From the NCBI GenBank assembly GCA_965212015.1, contig OZ243037.1, positions 544,001-608,000 on the forward strand: 64,000 nt of DNA, in the 5' to 3' direction. Below are positions 20,803-31,638 of this stretch, piece by piece. The position numbers and the translations under genes are program-made. Position 1 is the stretch's first letter. The number at the start of each line of letters is the position of its first letter. Origin of the DNA: Cenarchaeum sp. GTDB lineage: Archaea > Thermoproteota > Nitrososphaeria > Nitrososphaerales > Nitrosopumilaceae. The notes under the pieces were generated by a model. It was not told the origin of the DNA, made no database searches, and saw nothing but the letters and a program-made list of their open reading frames with translations.

Positions 20803-22592
20803 TCCCCCTTGCCCGTCCTGGTATGATAGCCGTCGTCGCTGCCGTAATCCGCATAAAAGTCCGCATCCTGCTCTATTAGGGGGACGGCGGCCAGCGGTTC
20901 GAGCTCCTTTTTTATGTCGGCCACCGACCGTATGCCGGAATCCTCCCCCCCGTCAAGAATCCTGTGAATCCACGACTTTAGCGTGTCCCCGGATCTCTTG
21001 TTTTTCCTGAACAGCTCAATTATGTGTAGTATGGCCGGAATTACGCGCTTTGCCGGGATTCTCATACAGTTGACGCCAAGCATCGTCTGCGAGTCAAACC
21101 GGCCGCCAAGGGACATTTGGTATACCGGATACATGTTTTTTCCGGCCTTTGAGCCCCCGCCATTGAGGCCTATCGTGGCAATCCCGTGCTGCCCGCAGGA
21201 GTTAGGACAGCCGCTTATCTTAATCGTGGCATCAGCAAGATCCTCGTCCTCGTCAAGCCTCAGCTCCAGGAACTTTCTCTGTATCTCCTTTGCAAGCCTG
21301 TGCGAGTTGGTAAGCGCAAGGTTGCACGACGTCGTGCCAGAGCAGCCAATGGGCGTGGCCATCGTCAGGCCGCCGGACTTTGCAAGGCCGGCCCGCACCA
21401 GTGCAGAATACAGCTGCGGCAGATCGTCGTCCTTTACGTACCGGATTACCACGTCCTGTGAAAACCCGTTTCGCGCCATCCGTTCTGCCGAAAAATCGCG
21501 CGAGAGCTCTGCCAGTGCGCGGAGCTGGCTTGCGGTAATGTCGCCTGCCTCAAGTGTCACAAAGGCTGCGCGGTACCCGTCCTGGCTCTGCGCAAACGTG
21601 TTGGTCTTTTTCCACCTCTCAAGGCCGTCGGCAGCGGAGGCCTGCTCGTCAGTCACCCTTATCGGCGATGTCAGCCGTCTTGGCGAGTCGTCCACGCGCA
21701 GCCTCACAATTATTGACTGTGTTGCGCGCACCACCGATCTCTCCTTGAGCACCAGGTTCCGGAACGTGTCCCATCCCATGGCATCCACCAGATAGCGCAT
21801 CCTGTTGCGCGCCATGTTTTTTCTGTCGCCCATCCTGTCAAAAATCCTAAGAACCGCAATCGAGGTGTAAAGCAGGTCGTCTTTTGGCGTAAAGTCCTCC
21901 AGCTGGTGGCCCACAAACGACTTGTTGCCAAGGCCGCCGCCAAGAAACACCTTGAAGCCCTTTTGCACCGAGCCGTCTGCCTGCCTTGTCTGCGGGACCA
22001 GCCCCACGTCGACCATCCTTGCCATCCCGTGGTTCTCGCAGCACGTAAAGTTGAACTTGAACTTGCGCGGAAGGTTCTGGTTTAGCGGGTTGCGCAGGAA
22101 AAACTTTGCAGTCGCCAGCGCGTACGGCGTGGCGTCAAAGGCCTCCTCCCCGCACACCCCGCAAAGCGGGCTGCACATTACGTTTCGCACGGTGTTTCCG
22201 CACGCCTCGCGCGACGTAAGGCCCACTCCTGCGAGTCCCCTCATTATCTCAGAGACGTCCTCGAGCACCACCCAGTGAAGCTGCACGTTTTCGCGCGTGG
22301 AAAGGTGCGCGCTGCCGATGGAATACTCTTCGCTTAGCTGCGCGATTTTCTCTAGCTGTTCGGGATAAATCTCGCCGCCTGGAATCTTTATTCGCACCAT
22401 CGCGTAATCCCCGGTCATCCGGGTCCCGTACGCGCCGTGCTGCAGCCTCAGGCGCCTAAAGCTGTCGGCATCAAGCCTTCCCTGGCGGAACAGCTTTACT
22501 GACTCTGCAAAGCCGTCTGCCTCCTCGAGTCTCGCCCAGTTTATCCTGGGCGCCGCCCCCTTTGGACGGGACTGGACTGATCTTGCCTTCAA
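20790..22592 (-). CDS. Ferredoxin-dependent sulfite/nitrite reductase
   Basis: RLQHGAYG, STRENVQLH, LPRKFK, and siroheme/4Fe-4S ligands CSGTTSC and SGCPNSCGQH. TTG start at 22592 assumed. Confidence 0.92.
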   Translation of the reverse strand: MKARSVQSRPKGAAPRINWARLEEADGFAESVKLFRQGRLDADSFRRLRLQHGAYGTRMTGDYAMVRIKIPGGEIYPEQLEKIAQLSEEYSIGSAHLSTRENVQLHWVVLEDVSEIMRGLAGVGLTSREACGNTVRNVMCSPLCGVCGEEAFDATPYALATAKFFLRNPLNQNLPRKFKFNFTCCENHGMARMVDVGLVPQTRQADGSVQKGFKVFLGGGLGNKSFVGHQLEDFTPKDDLLYTSIAVLRIFDRMGDRKNMARNRMRYLVDAMGWDTFRNLVLKERSVVRATQSIIVRLRVDDSPRRLTSPIRVTDEQASAADGLERWKKTNTFAQSQDGYRAAFVTLEAGDITASQLRALAELSRDFSAERMARNGFSQDVVIRYVKDDDLPQLYSALVRAGLAKSGGLTMATPIGCSGTTSCNLALTNSHRLAKEIQRKFLELRLDEDEDLADATIKISGCPNSCGQHGIATIGLNGGGSKAGKNMYPVYQMSLGGRFDSQTMLGVNCMRIPAKRVIPAILHIIELFRKNKRSGDTLKSWIHRILDGGEDSGIRSVADIKKELEPLAAVPLIEQDADFYADYGSDDGYHTRTGKGECAA

Positions 22593-22777
22593 TGGAATAG
22601 TTGATTTGAATTTGGTTATAAATTTTTGAAAACAGGAATTTTTACCGTAAAAATCGGGCCAAACCGCGCTAACTGCCTGATTATCCGCGCCCACCGGCCC
22701 CCCCGGGCGTTAGTTAGACCTAATTTGGCGCCGGATTTTTGCGAAACTATTAATTCCTTTCAAGGGCCAGCCACCGC

Positions 22778-23596
22778 ATGCAAGAGGCCGTCAGCGCGCA
22801 AAAATCGACCAGAATCTTCAAGGAGGTCCGCGAGGTCGACATTACGCGCGCCATAGCAGCAGAGTTCAACGAGGTGCTGCAGGACATGGCCGAATGCGAC
22901 GTTTTAGTTATAGGCGCCGGCCCCGCCGGACTGACTGCCTCGCGCGAGCTCTCAAAGAGGGGCTACAAGGTGCTGGTCATAGAGCAAAACAACTATCTCG
23001 GAGGCGGATACTGGCTCGGCGGATACATGATGAATCCGGTGACCGTAAGGGAGCCGGCCCAGAAGGTCTGGGAGGAGATGGGCGTTCCCTTTAAAAAAGT
23101 CGGCGACGGGCTGTACCTCACCCCGGGCCCGCATGCGGTATCAAAATTGATTGCCAGCACGTGTGATGCCGGCGTAAAGTTTCTCAATCTTACAAAATTC
23201 GACGACTTGGTCCTGAAAAACGGCAGGGTGTCAGGTGTGGTGGCCAACTGGATGCCGGTTTCTGCCCTGCCAAGGAACATCACCTGCGTGGATCCCGTGG
23301 CACTAGAGTCCAAGATGGTAATTGACGCCTCCGGGCACGACTCTGTGGCAGTAAAGCGCCTGGTGGACAGGGGCCTGGTCGGCTGGAAGGGGATGAACCC
23401 GATGCACGTCGACGAGGGCGAGGATCAGGTGGTGCACAAGACAGGCGAGGTGTTCCCGGGCCTGGTCGCCGCAGGCATGTCGGTGACTGAGACCCACGGC
23501 CTGGCAAGAATGGGGCCGACGTTTGGCGCCATGCTGTTTTCCGGAATGAGGGCAGCCGAGATTACCGCAGCAAAGATCAAAGAGCTTGGAAACTAG
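22778..23596 (+). CDS. thi4: Thiazole synthase (THI4 family)
   Basis: GAGPAG, GGGYWLGG, CVDP, ASGHD, RMGPTFGAMLFSG. Confidence 0.93.
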   Translation: MQEAVSAQKSTRIFKEVREVDITRAIAAEFNEVLQDMAECDVLVIGAGPAGLTASRELSKRGYKVLVIEQNNYLGGGYWLGGYMMNPVTVREPAQKVWEEMGVPFKKVGDGLYLTPGPHAVSKLIASTCDAGVKFLNLTKFDDLVLKNGRVSGVVANWMPVSALPRNITCVDPVALESKMVIDASGHDSVAVKRLVDRGLVGWKGMNPMHVDEGEDQVVHKTGEVFPGLVAAGMSVTETHGLARMGPTFGAMLFSGMRAAEITAAKIKELGN

Positions 23597-23634
23597 CCAG
23601 AAAAATATTTAAAAAAAATAAAGCGTCGTTTTCG

Positions 23635-24816
23635 CTACAGGAATCTGTGAACGATTGGACAGTTGACAATGATTCCCGAGCTGCCGTATGCTCCGCCGTC
23701 CGGACCGGTAATCCATCCCTGTTCTACCAGACCGAGAATTTGGAATTCTTCGGTAACTCTGAAATCATATCCTTTCTCTTTTGCCTCATCAGTCCAGAAT
23801 CCCAGGTTTACATCCCACAATGGGGAATAGTCAGTTGCAATGGTCGGAATTCCTCCCAGTACGTTGAGCGGAGATCGTCCGTCCTCTATGGCGCTTGCCA
23901 GTCCCTGTCTTCCGGGATTGTCCGCACCGGTGGGGCCGTTTGCCATTACGAATATCCTCTCTACTGCAGAGAATGCAGAGTCGTCCCTGCCAACGTCGAT
24001 GTCATCCATGCCCGGGGCCCATGTAGCGCCCTCAAGTGTGGCTGCCAACGGGTGGTTGCTGTCGGTGCTGATGTACATCACCGGTCGTGCAAAGCTGAAT
24101 CCGGGGGTAAGCTTTACTGTTACCGTTCCTGATTCGGGGCAGATATAGGCGACAATGTCGTGCACCTTGCTGTAATCCGGAGTGTCGTGACAGGACGAAA
24201 TGTCGTCACCTGTCGCGATTATCGGGGCGTTGTATATGTGCCTGCCTGCATTGCTGATTAGAACCAGCGGGGAATAGTATTCGTCGCCTACCGATCCGGG
24301 CTGAAAGTCCTCGGGCGGGAAGGTGCTGCCAGTTATGCTTCGCTCTGGCGCAAAGTCAACCATTCCGCGTGAAAACACGAGTTCTGCTCCGCTGTTTAGC
24401 TTTGCATATCTCACAGCGTTTCCGATTTCGGCATACGAAAGCTTGGGCGAATAATTCAGCCCAAGGGCTTCTGCGTTGCCCTTGTCGGTGGTGTCAGTCA
24501 GGATGTACCAGACCGTGGTGTAATCGGTGGGCCCGTTCCTGACCTTTCCCTCGTACAGCGGGAGCGTTATGGTTCCCGCATCAAGATCAACTGATCCCGA
24601 TTTTAGCAGCTGGAATGGTCCAATCAGCTCCTTTTGCACGTCAGATGGCGCCGGTCCAAAGTATGTCAGCGGTATGTCTGCACCAATGCTCGGAGGAGCT
24701 GGCGCGACGTCGTCGTCGGCCGGATCGTTCATCTGATCTGCAAAACTGTTGGTCACCCCAAGTCCAATTGCCAAAAGAACTATGGTGGGAATAATGAGTC
24801 GTTTTGAATATGTCAT
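23635..24816 (-). CDS. Secreted hypothetical protein with duplicated YSPL motif
   Basis: Signal peptide (LIIPTIVLLAIGLGVTNSFA); acidic; DEYYSPLV...NAPI and TDYSPLW...NCPI internal duplication. Confidence 0.75.
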   Translation of the reverse strand: MTYSKRLIIPTIVLLAIGLGVTNSFADQMNDPADDDVAPAPPSIGADIPLTYFGPAPSDVQKELIGPFQLLKSGSVDLDAGTITLPLYEGKVRNGPTDYTTVWYILTDTTDKGNAEALGLNYSPKLSYAEIGNAVRYAKLNSGAELVFSRGMVDFAPERSITGSTFPPEDFQPGSVGDEYYSPLVLISNAGRHIYNAPIIATGDDISSCHDTPDYSKVHDIVAYICPESGTVTVKLTPGFSFARPVMYISTDSNHPLAATLEGATWAPGMDDIDVGRDDSAFSAVERIFVMANGPTGADNPGRQGLASAIEDGRSPLNVLGGIPTIATDYSPLWDVNLGFWTDEAKEKGYDFRVTEEFQILGLVEQGWITGPDGGAYGSSGIIVNCPIVHRFL

Positions 24817-24976
24817 TGTGTGTGGTTGGGTGTAGCACATTATTTAACACTAACCATCATTTTTGCCCGTGTGCCGCAGGCTGGTGTAATATCTGGCGCC
24901 CGGGCCGCCGCCCTGGCGCCGCACCACGCATGGCAAGCAATAAAAAAGACGGCGCGCCAGCAACTGCCGGATACGG

Positions 24977-25282
24977 TTGAAGGACTATGAGCACGTCGTG
25001 ATATGGCAGGACTATTTCAACAAGGCACTGCCAAGGTCAGGCGGCAGAAGGCTCGGGAGGGAAAAATGCGTCGCCTCCCCGTCGCTCAAGGAGCTGGCCG
25101 ATGCTGCAGCAGCTGCGGGATTCGAGGTTACAGAGTCAAACGAAAAGGCCCGGTTTCCAAAAACGCCGCACATCAGGTCAGGGTATATAGTCCTGCCCAA
25201 AAAGGCCCCAAAGACTGCCATATTGAACAGGATTTCCGGAAAACTAGTCTCCAGCCGGGCAAGACGCTCAAAGCAAAATTGA
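24977..25282 (+). CDS. srp19: Signal recognition particle protein SRP19
   Basis: VIWQDYFN...RSGGRR...P...EL...A...ARFPK. Confidence 0.88.
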   Translation: MKDYEHVVIWQDYFNKALPRSGGRRLGREKCVASPSLKELADAAAAAGFEVTESNEKARFPKTPHIRSGYIVLPKKAPKTAILNRISGKLVSSRARRSKQN

Positions 25283-25350
25283 TTCTAGCTCTAAGCTAAA
25301 GTAAATTTGACAGAACTGTATGATAACTGCCGGCTCTGTCCAATAGTCAA

Positions 25351-25614
25351 TTGCAGGAGATAGGAAAAATTATGCATTTGGCCAGCAGCGGCAGGGTGAT
25401 CATCAAGCTCAAAGAACCGCTGCCAGAAGGCCAGATACTCGGCGACCTGAAAAGCAACAAAATCGCAAAGGTCATGGAGCTAATCGGGCCCACAAAAAGC
25501 CCGTTTGCATCGGCGTCCCCGCTGACTAACAGCATAAAAAAATACGTCGGCAGGAATGTTTTTGCACTGGATGTTTCTCCTGCAAGAAAAAAGACAAGGA
25601 GAAAAAGAAAATGA
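25351..25614 (+). CDS. gar1: H/ACA RNP Gar1/Naf1 family protein
   Basis: IGKIMHLASSGRVII...IAKVMELIGPTKSPFA; srp19-gar1-tfb context. Confidence 0.8.
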   Translation: MQEIGKIMHLASSGRVIIKLKEPLPEGQILGDLKSNKIAKVMELIGPTKSPFASASPLTNSIKKYVGRNVFALDVSPARKKTRRKRK

Positions 25615-26567
25615 ACACAATAGAAACACAATGTTGCCCTGAATGCCAGTCCACGCTAGTGGACGACGTTCAGAACGGCGAAGTGATATGTTCGGGCTGC
25701 GGCGTAGTCGTGGCAGAACAGATGGAGGACTATGGTCCCGAATCCAAGGGTTCCAGCCTCGAAGACAAGATGAAGCTGGCGCGGGCGACCGGCCAGACGA
25801 CGTATTCGCAGCACGATCTCGGGATAGCGACGGAAATCTCCATCACTACAAAAGACTTTAGCGGAAAATCCATCAATTCAGAGATGTCAAACCAGATGAA
25901 CAACCTTAGAAAGTGGCAGCAGCGAGTCAGGGTCTCCTCCCCAAGGGAGAGAAGGCTGGTAAACGTGCTCACAAAGATAAAGGACACGTGCCAGAGCCTG
26001 TCGCTGCCAAAAAACGTGCTAGAGACCGCATCGATGATCTACCGGAGCCTTGACGGCAAGGTAGAGGTGAAAGGCAAGTCGATAGTGAGCATCTCCTCGG
26101 CAGTCATATACATGGCATGCAAGCAGTGCGACGTGGTAAGATCCCTCGAGGAGATCTGCGCCGGAATCTGCCCTGCAAAGGATCTAAAGGCAAAGACAAA
26201 GCTTTCCGCAAAGTACTATCGGGTGATGGTAATGGAGATGGGATCCGCAGTGGCGCCAGTCGTCACGATGGACAAGTACATCTCCAAGATTGCAAACAAG
26301 ACAAGGACCGATGTGCGAGTCGAAAGGCTGGCACTAGAGATTGCAGAAAAGACCAAAAACAACGTCATGGCAGGCGGCAAGGCTCCAAACGGGATTGCGG
26401 CGGCATACCTGTATGTCTCCTCGATTCTGCTAGGAAAAAACGTCCTGCAGCGCGATGTCTCAGACATCGCCGGCGTTACAGAGGTAACCATCCGGAACAG
26501 GTGCAAGGAGATCCTGACGTGCTACAAGCTCAAAGTCACCCTCAGGCCATCACTAGCCAAACACTAA
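25611..26567 (+). CDS. tfb: Transcription initiation factor IIB
   Basis: Zn ribbon CPEC...GEVICSGCG, LRKWQ, two cyclin repeats, GVTEVTIRNR. Confidence 0.95.
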   Translation: MNTIETQCCPECQSTLVDDVQNGEVICSGCGVVVAEQMEDYGPESKGSSLEDKMKLARATGQTTYSQHDLGIATEISITTKDFSGKSINSEMSNQMNNLRKWQQRVRVSSPRERRLVNVLTKIKDTCQSLSLPKNVLETASMIYRSLDGKVEVKGKSIVSISSAVIYMACKQCDVVRSLEEICAGICPAKDLKAKTKLSAKYYRVMVMEMGSAVAPVVTMDKYISKIANKTRTDVRVERLALEIAEKTKNNVMAGGKAPNGIAAAYLYVSSILLGKNVLQRDVSDIAGVTEVTIRNRCKEILTCYKLKVTLRPSLAKH

Positions 26568-26654
26568 CCCCTCTTTTTTTTTATCATTCCATGAAACACT
26601 TAGGATCAGCTAAAATCCGTCTGTGTTATATATAGAAAAAAACCCCACACCGCC

Positions 26655-27425
26655 ATGGCCGTACTCGAGATAAGGGATCTTTGCGCCTCAAGGGACGGCA
26701 AGGAGATTCTCAAGGGGGTAAACCTAAAGACCGGCCCCGGCGAGGTCCACGCAATCATGGGGCCAAACGGCTCGGGGAAAAGCACGCTTGCATACACGCT
26801 GCTTGCGCACCCAAAGTACGAGGTCACCTCCGGCGACATACTGCTTGACGGGGAGAGCATCCTGGGGCTTACGGCAGACCAGAGGGCAAGAAAGGGCCTG
26901 TTTCTGGGATTCCAGTACCCCACAGAGGTGTCAGGCGTGGGATTTTCACATTTTCTCAGGACATCGTATAACGCGCTGAGCAAGGCGCTTCAGGGGGCCG
27001 ACAGGGAGGTGTTCATTACGGTGAGGGAGTTTCAGAAATACCTCAAGGAAAACCTGCAGCAAGTCGGGCTAAAAGACGAGTTTCTCTCAAGATACCTAAA
27101 CGAGGGGTTTTCAGGCGGCGAGAAAAAGCGCTCAGAGGTCCTGCAGATGGCCGTGCTAAAGCCAAAGATATCCATACTAGACGAGCCGGACTCTGGGCTG
27201 GACGTGGACGCAGTGCAGTCAGTCGCAAGGGCGATAAGCGAGGTGTCCGGAAAGGATTCCACCGTGGTTGTAATCACCCACTATGCGCGGATATTAAAAT
27301 TCCTAAAAAAGCTCGATTACGTGCACGTCTTTGCAGACGGCAGGGTCATCAAGAGCGGCGGCGCATCGCTTGCCGACGAGCTAGACGCGCAGGGCTATGA
27401 GGCAGTAATCAAAGAGTCCGGATAG
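26655..27425 (+). CDS. sufC: Fe-S cluster assembly ATPase SufC
   Basis: GEVHAIMGPNGSGKSTL, FQYP, LNEGFSGGEKKR. Confidence 0.95.
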   Translation: MAVLEIRDLCASRDGKEILKGVNLKTGPGEVHAIMGPNGSGKSTLAYTLLAHPKYEVTSGDILLDGESILGLTADQRARKGLFLGFQYPTEVSGVGFSHFLRTSYNALSKALQGADREVFITVREFQKYLKENLQQVGLKDEFLSRYLNEGFSGGEKKRSEVLQMAVLKPKISILDEPDSGLDVDAVQSVARAISEVSGKDSTVVVITHYARILKFLKKLDYVHVFADGRVIKSGGASLADELDAQGYEAVIKESG

Positions 27426-27427
27426 GA

Positions 27428-28210
27428 CTAGGTTTTATTCGCGTTCTCTGATTTCAGCTCTAGCATTACTTCCCTAAACACCGAAGAGATTTCCGGATCA
27501 GTCTCTGTTTTGTCGGCCCCCTCCGGCATCAGTATTGCCTCCTTTATCCCGCCCAGGCCGCAAAGCGATATTGCCTTGAAGCAGATGGCAGGCGCAGTGC
27601 CGGGTTTTATCGCCAGCGCCTCATCAAAGAGCTGTATGGCCATTTCAAATCTCTGCAGTTGGTTTAGGCTGGCGCCCTCTTGCTCAAGTACAAACACATC
27701 ATTCGGGTTTTTCACCAGGATTTCCTCGCACGCATCGAATATCCATCGGTCTTTGCAGCTTGGAGAGTATCAGTATCTTGTCGTGTGTGGCGTCAATAAA
27801 ATCCGGCTTTATTTCCAGCGACCCCTCACAGCACTCTAGGGCCTCTTCAAGCAGCTTTTTGCTCGGATTTTTTGAATAATAGCCGTAAAACATCGCACCC
27901 ATGTCGTAAAGGATTATGTGGTTGCCAGGATATAGCGCTGCAATGGTTTTAAGGGCGTCGATGGCCCTTATGAACTGCTTTGCATCTGCAAACATCCGGG
28001 CCCAGATGTACAGCTCTAACAGGTCAATGCCGCTTGTCTCCAAAAAGCGCTGCGTGACGGGGTCGGATCCCCCGGCACGCCGGCACGCCATGTCCATGCT
28101 CACCATGACAGGTATGACATCCGGCTCGATTTTGAGCACCATGTTATAGTATTTTACCGCCTCTGCGTATTTGAGATCAAATAGCCTGTCTGCCTTTGCA
28201 TTTTCATGAA
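27428..28210 (-). pseudogene. Degraded TPR protein in two fragments (27428-27715; 27699-~28210)
   Basis: TPR-like segments (YAEAVKYYNMVLKIEP, EALECCEGSLEIKPD, AIQLFDEALAIKP) with atypical substitutions and no clean start. Confidence 0.55.
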
Positions 28211-28525
28211 CCGCCTGTAGGACAATGAATCGGGTTGTCGTACACGCATAAAATCTTTGGGCGCGTGCCGGCAACAGGCCGGATTCGGGAGGCGTTTGGA
28301 TTATGCGCCGGGTCCGGCCGATGTCGTACGGCGCCGGGCAAGTCACGGCGCGAGTGCCCGTCACGGCGGGATCAAAAACATCATATTTGAAGCGCCGGTA
28401 GCCTGTCGTGGAAGGAAGCAAGGTGATATTCGGCCTGGGCGTGGGCTCTGCTGTGGTTCTTGCCGTGTTTAGCCTGTTTATGGCAGTTAGGTAGAGATAA
28501 ATGCAAAACATGCGGGACTTGACGC

Positions 28526-28846
28526 ATGTCAGAGATAAACGAGTTCAGGGTACAGCAGATTATAGACAACGGGAGGATGGTGCAGCTTTCGCTAGTCGAG
28601 AACGTAAACACAGAGCCGATATCGCAAAAACAGATGATAAAGGAGAACGTTGCAAAGACGCTAGACTCAGACACCAAGGATCAGGTAATGCCGCTGCTAA
28701 ACGCAATCCTGCAGGCCCAGCCGACAATCAAGGTAAAGAGCTACCAGCAGACTGCGATAAACATAACCATGCCAAAGAACAGGTATGAAAAGATGGGCCA
28801 TCCCCAGGTGGGGCAGATAGTCGAGATCGACCTCAAGACAAAATAG
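28526..28846 (+). CDS. Arcadin-1-like protein
   Basis: Pattern V.L..VE...P...VMPL...I....P...I.I.....E..G...VG.++EI matches my recollection of crenarchaeal arcadin-1. Confidence 0.55.
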   Translation: MSEINEFRVQQIIDNGRMVQLSLVENVNTEPISQKQMIKENVAKTLDSDTKDQVMPLLNAILQAQPTIKVKSYQQTAINITMPKNRYEKMGHPQVGQIVEIDLKTK

Positions 28847-28873
28847 CCCGCCGCGGGTTTTATGGGGCACGCA

Positions 28874-30901
28874 TCATAGCAGTGCCTCGACTTGGGCCAC
28901 AGTCCCCAGCGCAGTGGAGCACGAAAAATCCCTGCATACAAACGCAGTCTCTGCATCTGCAAAGCTCTTGCCTGCAAAAAACGCAAGCGACGACAGCGAG
29001 TCGAGCTGTGCGGGACTGTTTACCGTGACCAGGATGGATTCGGGAATGAATCTCTGCGAGAGTGATCTTGCAATTGGCCCGCCTGCGCCAAGGACCGTAA
29101 TCTCTACGGGCTTTTGCACGTACATATAGATCGCATTTAGCATGTGCCCGAACGCAAACGGGTTTTCGGCTGCGGACTGTGCCTGCGACTCCATCGCCTG
29201 TACGGACACCTCAAGGAACCTTGCGTCCTGCGTGAGGTGGAATAATCGCAGCAGCAAGGAGGCTGCGACTGAGTTTCCAGACGGCATCGACAGGTCGTGG
29301 CGGCTCCTTGGCCGGACTATCAGGCTTTCATAGTCATCGGCGGTCATGAAAAAACTCTTGCTCTCAGGATCCCAGAAATGATCCACAATGTACGATCCGA
29401 GCGCCTGCGCCCCCTGCAGGTATCTTCTTTCGGGGTCTGCCTCAAAGACGTCAAGCAGCGCGCTTGCATAGTATGCATAATCCTCAAGATAGCCGCGTAT
29501 CTTTGCCTGCCCGTCTTTGTATATGCGCAGCATTGCGCCGTCATGCAGGCGCGATTCTATAAACTCGACGCATCTTTTGGCGGCGTCAAGAAAGCCGGAA
29601 TCACCCGACACGCGGTGGCCCTTTGCAAGCGCAGTTATCATTAGCGCGTTCCACGACGTTATTATCTTGTCATCAAGGCCCGGGGGCGCCCTCTTTGAGC
29701 GCGCCTCGAGCAGCTTGCCTGCGCACCGCCCCAGCAGCTCGTCGAGCTCGTCGCCGGATTTTCCGCACTGGAACTCTACTGCGGAGCGGCGCACATTGTT
29801 GCACAGGATTGATCTTCCCTCCCAGTTTCCGCCGTCAGTCACGTCATAGTACAGGCAGAACGCGTCTGCATCTGCGCCGAGTATGTCCCTGATCTCGCCC
29901 TTTGTCCAGACATAAAACGTCCCCTCACCGCCTTCAGAGTCGGCATCCTGCGCCGAATAAAAGCCGCCCTCAGGCGACGTCATCTCGCCGAGCACGTAAT
30001 TGAGCGTCTTTTCCATTATTTTGAGGTGGAAGGGATCCCTTGTTATCTGGAACGCCTCGGCATAGCACACCGACATTAGCGCATTGTCGTACAGCATCTT
30101 TTCAAAGTGCGGGACCAGCCATGCTGCGTCAGTCGAATAGCGGTGAAAGCCCCCGCCTATCTGATCAAATATCCCGCCCTTTGCCATCCTTACCAGCGTC
30201 TTTAGCGCAAACTCTGAGAACTTTGAGATTCCCGAGATTTTCGCGTACCGGAACAAAAAGGAAATGTTCGCAGAGCTTGGAAACTTTGGCGCCCGCCCGA
30301 ATCCGCCGTACGTGGCATCCCCCATCTGCAGCAGGTTCACTGCGGCCTCGTCAAGCACTATTCTCTCCAGCTTTGAGGGGACGGTCCGGGCCGGCATCTG
30401 CAGCGACGCGACGAATTTCTGCGCGGATTTTTTTATGTCGTCGGGCTTTTCTGCCCACGCCTGTGCAAGCTGCCGCAGTATGCTGCCAAATCCGGGCCTC
30501 CCGTACGAATCCAGGACGGGAAAGTATGTCCCCACGTAAAACGGCCTCTGATCCGGCGTCAGAAAGACGCTGAGCGGCCACCCGCCCTGTCCGGTGGACA
30601 GCTGGCAGGACTGTTGGTAAATGTCGTCAATGTCGGGCCGCTCCTCGCGGTCGACCTTTATGTTGATAAAGTTCTCGTTCATTATCTTTGCAACGTCCTC
30701 GTTCTCAAAGGACTCGTGCGCCATCACGTGGCACCAGTGGCACGAGCTGTACCCTATGCTCAGAAAAATCGGCATGTTCTGGCTGCGCGCCTTTTGCAGC
30801 GCCTCGTCGTTCCAGGCGTGCCACTGCACGGGATTGCCGGCATGCTGCAGTAGGTACGGGCTTGTCTCACGTGCAAGGCTGTTTTGTGCCACGGCATCCA
30901 A
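28874..30901 (-). CDS. Thioredoxin-domain protein YyaL/SSP411 (SPATA20) family
   Basis: [46 protein letters not shown]. Confidence 0.95.
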   Translation of the reverse strand: MDAVAQNSLARETSPYLLQHAGNPVQWHAWNDEALQKARSQNMPIFLSIGYSSCHWCHVMAHESFENEDVAKIMNENFINIKVDREERPDIDDIYQQSCQLSTGQGGWPLSVFLTPDQRPFYVGTYFPVLDSYGRPGFGSILRQLAQAWAEKPDDIKKSAQKFVASLQMPARTVPSKLERIVLDEAAVNLLQMGDATYGGFGRAPKFPSSANISFLFRYAKISGISKFSEFALKTLVRMAKGGIFDQIGGGFHRYSTDAAWLVPHFEKMLYDNALMSVCYAEAFQITRDPFHLKIMEKTLNYVLGEMTSPEGGFYSAQDADSEGGEGTFYVWTKGEIRDILGADADAFCLYYDVTDGGNWEGRSILCNNVRRSAVEFQCGKSGDELDELLGRCAGKLLEARSKRAPPGLDDKIITSWNALMITALAKGHRVSGDSGFLDAAKRCVEFIESRLHDGAMLRIYKDGQAKIRGYLEDYAYYASALLDVFEADPERRYLQGAQALGSYIVDHFWDPESKSFFMTADDYESLIVRPRSRHDLSMPSGNSVAASLLLRLFHLTQDARFLEVSVQAMESQAQSAAENPFAFGHMLNAIYMYVQKPVEITVLGAGGPIARSLSQRFIPESILVTVNSPAQLDSLSSLAFFAGKSFADAETAFVCRDFSCSTALGTVAQVEALL

Positions 30902-31009
30902 GGTTGTAATCGGTATTTATCTACTTGCCGGCCACCTGGCGGCTGGAAATTCCAGAATCTGCACGCACACGGGTTTGAGTATTGTCCAAGATTGGCAGGC
31001 GATCAGAAA

Positions 31010-31264
31010 TTATTTTGACTTTTCAAGAATGGTCTTGATTGCCTCGACATTTTTTGTCAAACTGTCTATTTTTTCACAATTTTGCAGTGTATTTGCTTTG
31101 ATGGTGCTAATGTCACCCCTCATTGTGTTAATGTCACCCCTCATTGTGTTAATGTCATCCCTCATCGTTTTTATGCTAATATTATTATTTTGTATTTCCA
31201 CATTTAACGAGTCAAATTTGGTATTTAAACCATCAAATCCATCCCGAATTAGTTTGTCATCCAT
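31010..31264 (-). CDS. Small AT-rich coiled-coil protein with heptad repeats
   Basis: DDINTMRGDINTMRGDISTIK, encoded by a 21-bp tandem repeat (~31110-31175). Confidence 0.6.
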   Translation of the reverse strand: MDDKLIRDGFDGLNTKFDSLNVEIQNNNISIKTMRDDINTMRGDINTMRGDISTIKANTLQNCEKIDSLTKNVEAIKTILEKSK

Positions 31265-31638
31265 TCCAATTACAACTATTGGAATGCAGATTTATAAATC
31301 TATTTGAACTGGCTTTGTAAGAGGTCACATTCCACCGCAATTAGGCGCAAATTTTGCATCATGTCTGTCTTTTAGGCAAGACAGGTGGTGGCCTAATACC
31401 TGGCTTTGGCAGTTATCTTGTCACCAGCAGGGCATTTCCCAGCTCAAACGGTCTGATTGTACGTCTTGCTGCAAGCGCAGCTCCGGCCAAAATCCGAGAT
31501 TAATTCAGGGCAGGCAGATTGCCGGACGTGTGCAAAGACGGCGGCCGGGGGCAAAAAAATGCACAAGTATTGCAGCTGTAATGCGGAATCAGGGCGCGAA
31601 CACACGGCATAATGCAGGCGCACCCGTACGGCGTGATG

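Noticed and set aside
22593-22777. TPP riboswitch upstream of thi4
   Set aside because: No CTGAGA/CCTGA-type TPP core in the correct arrangement; the space is filled by two divergent promoters.
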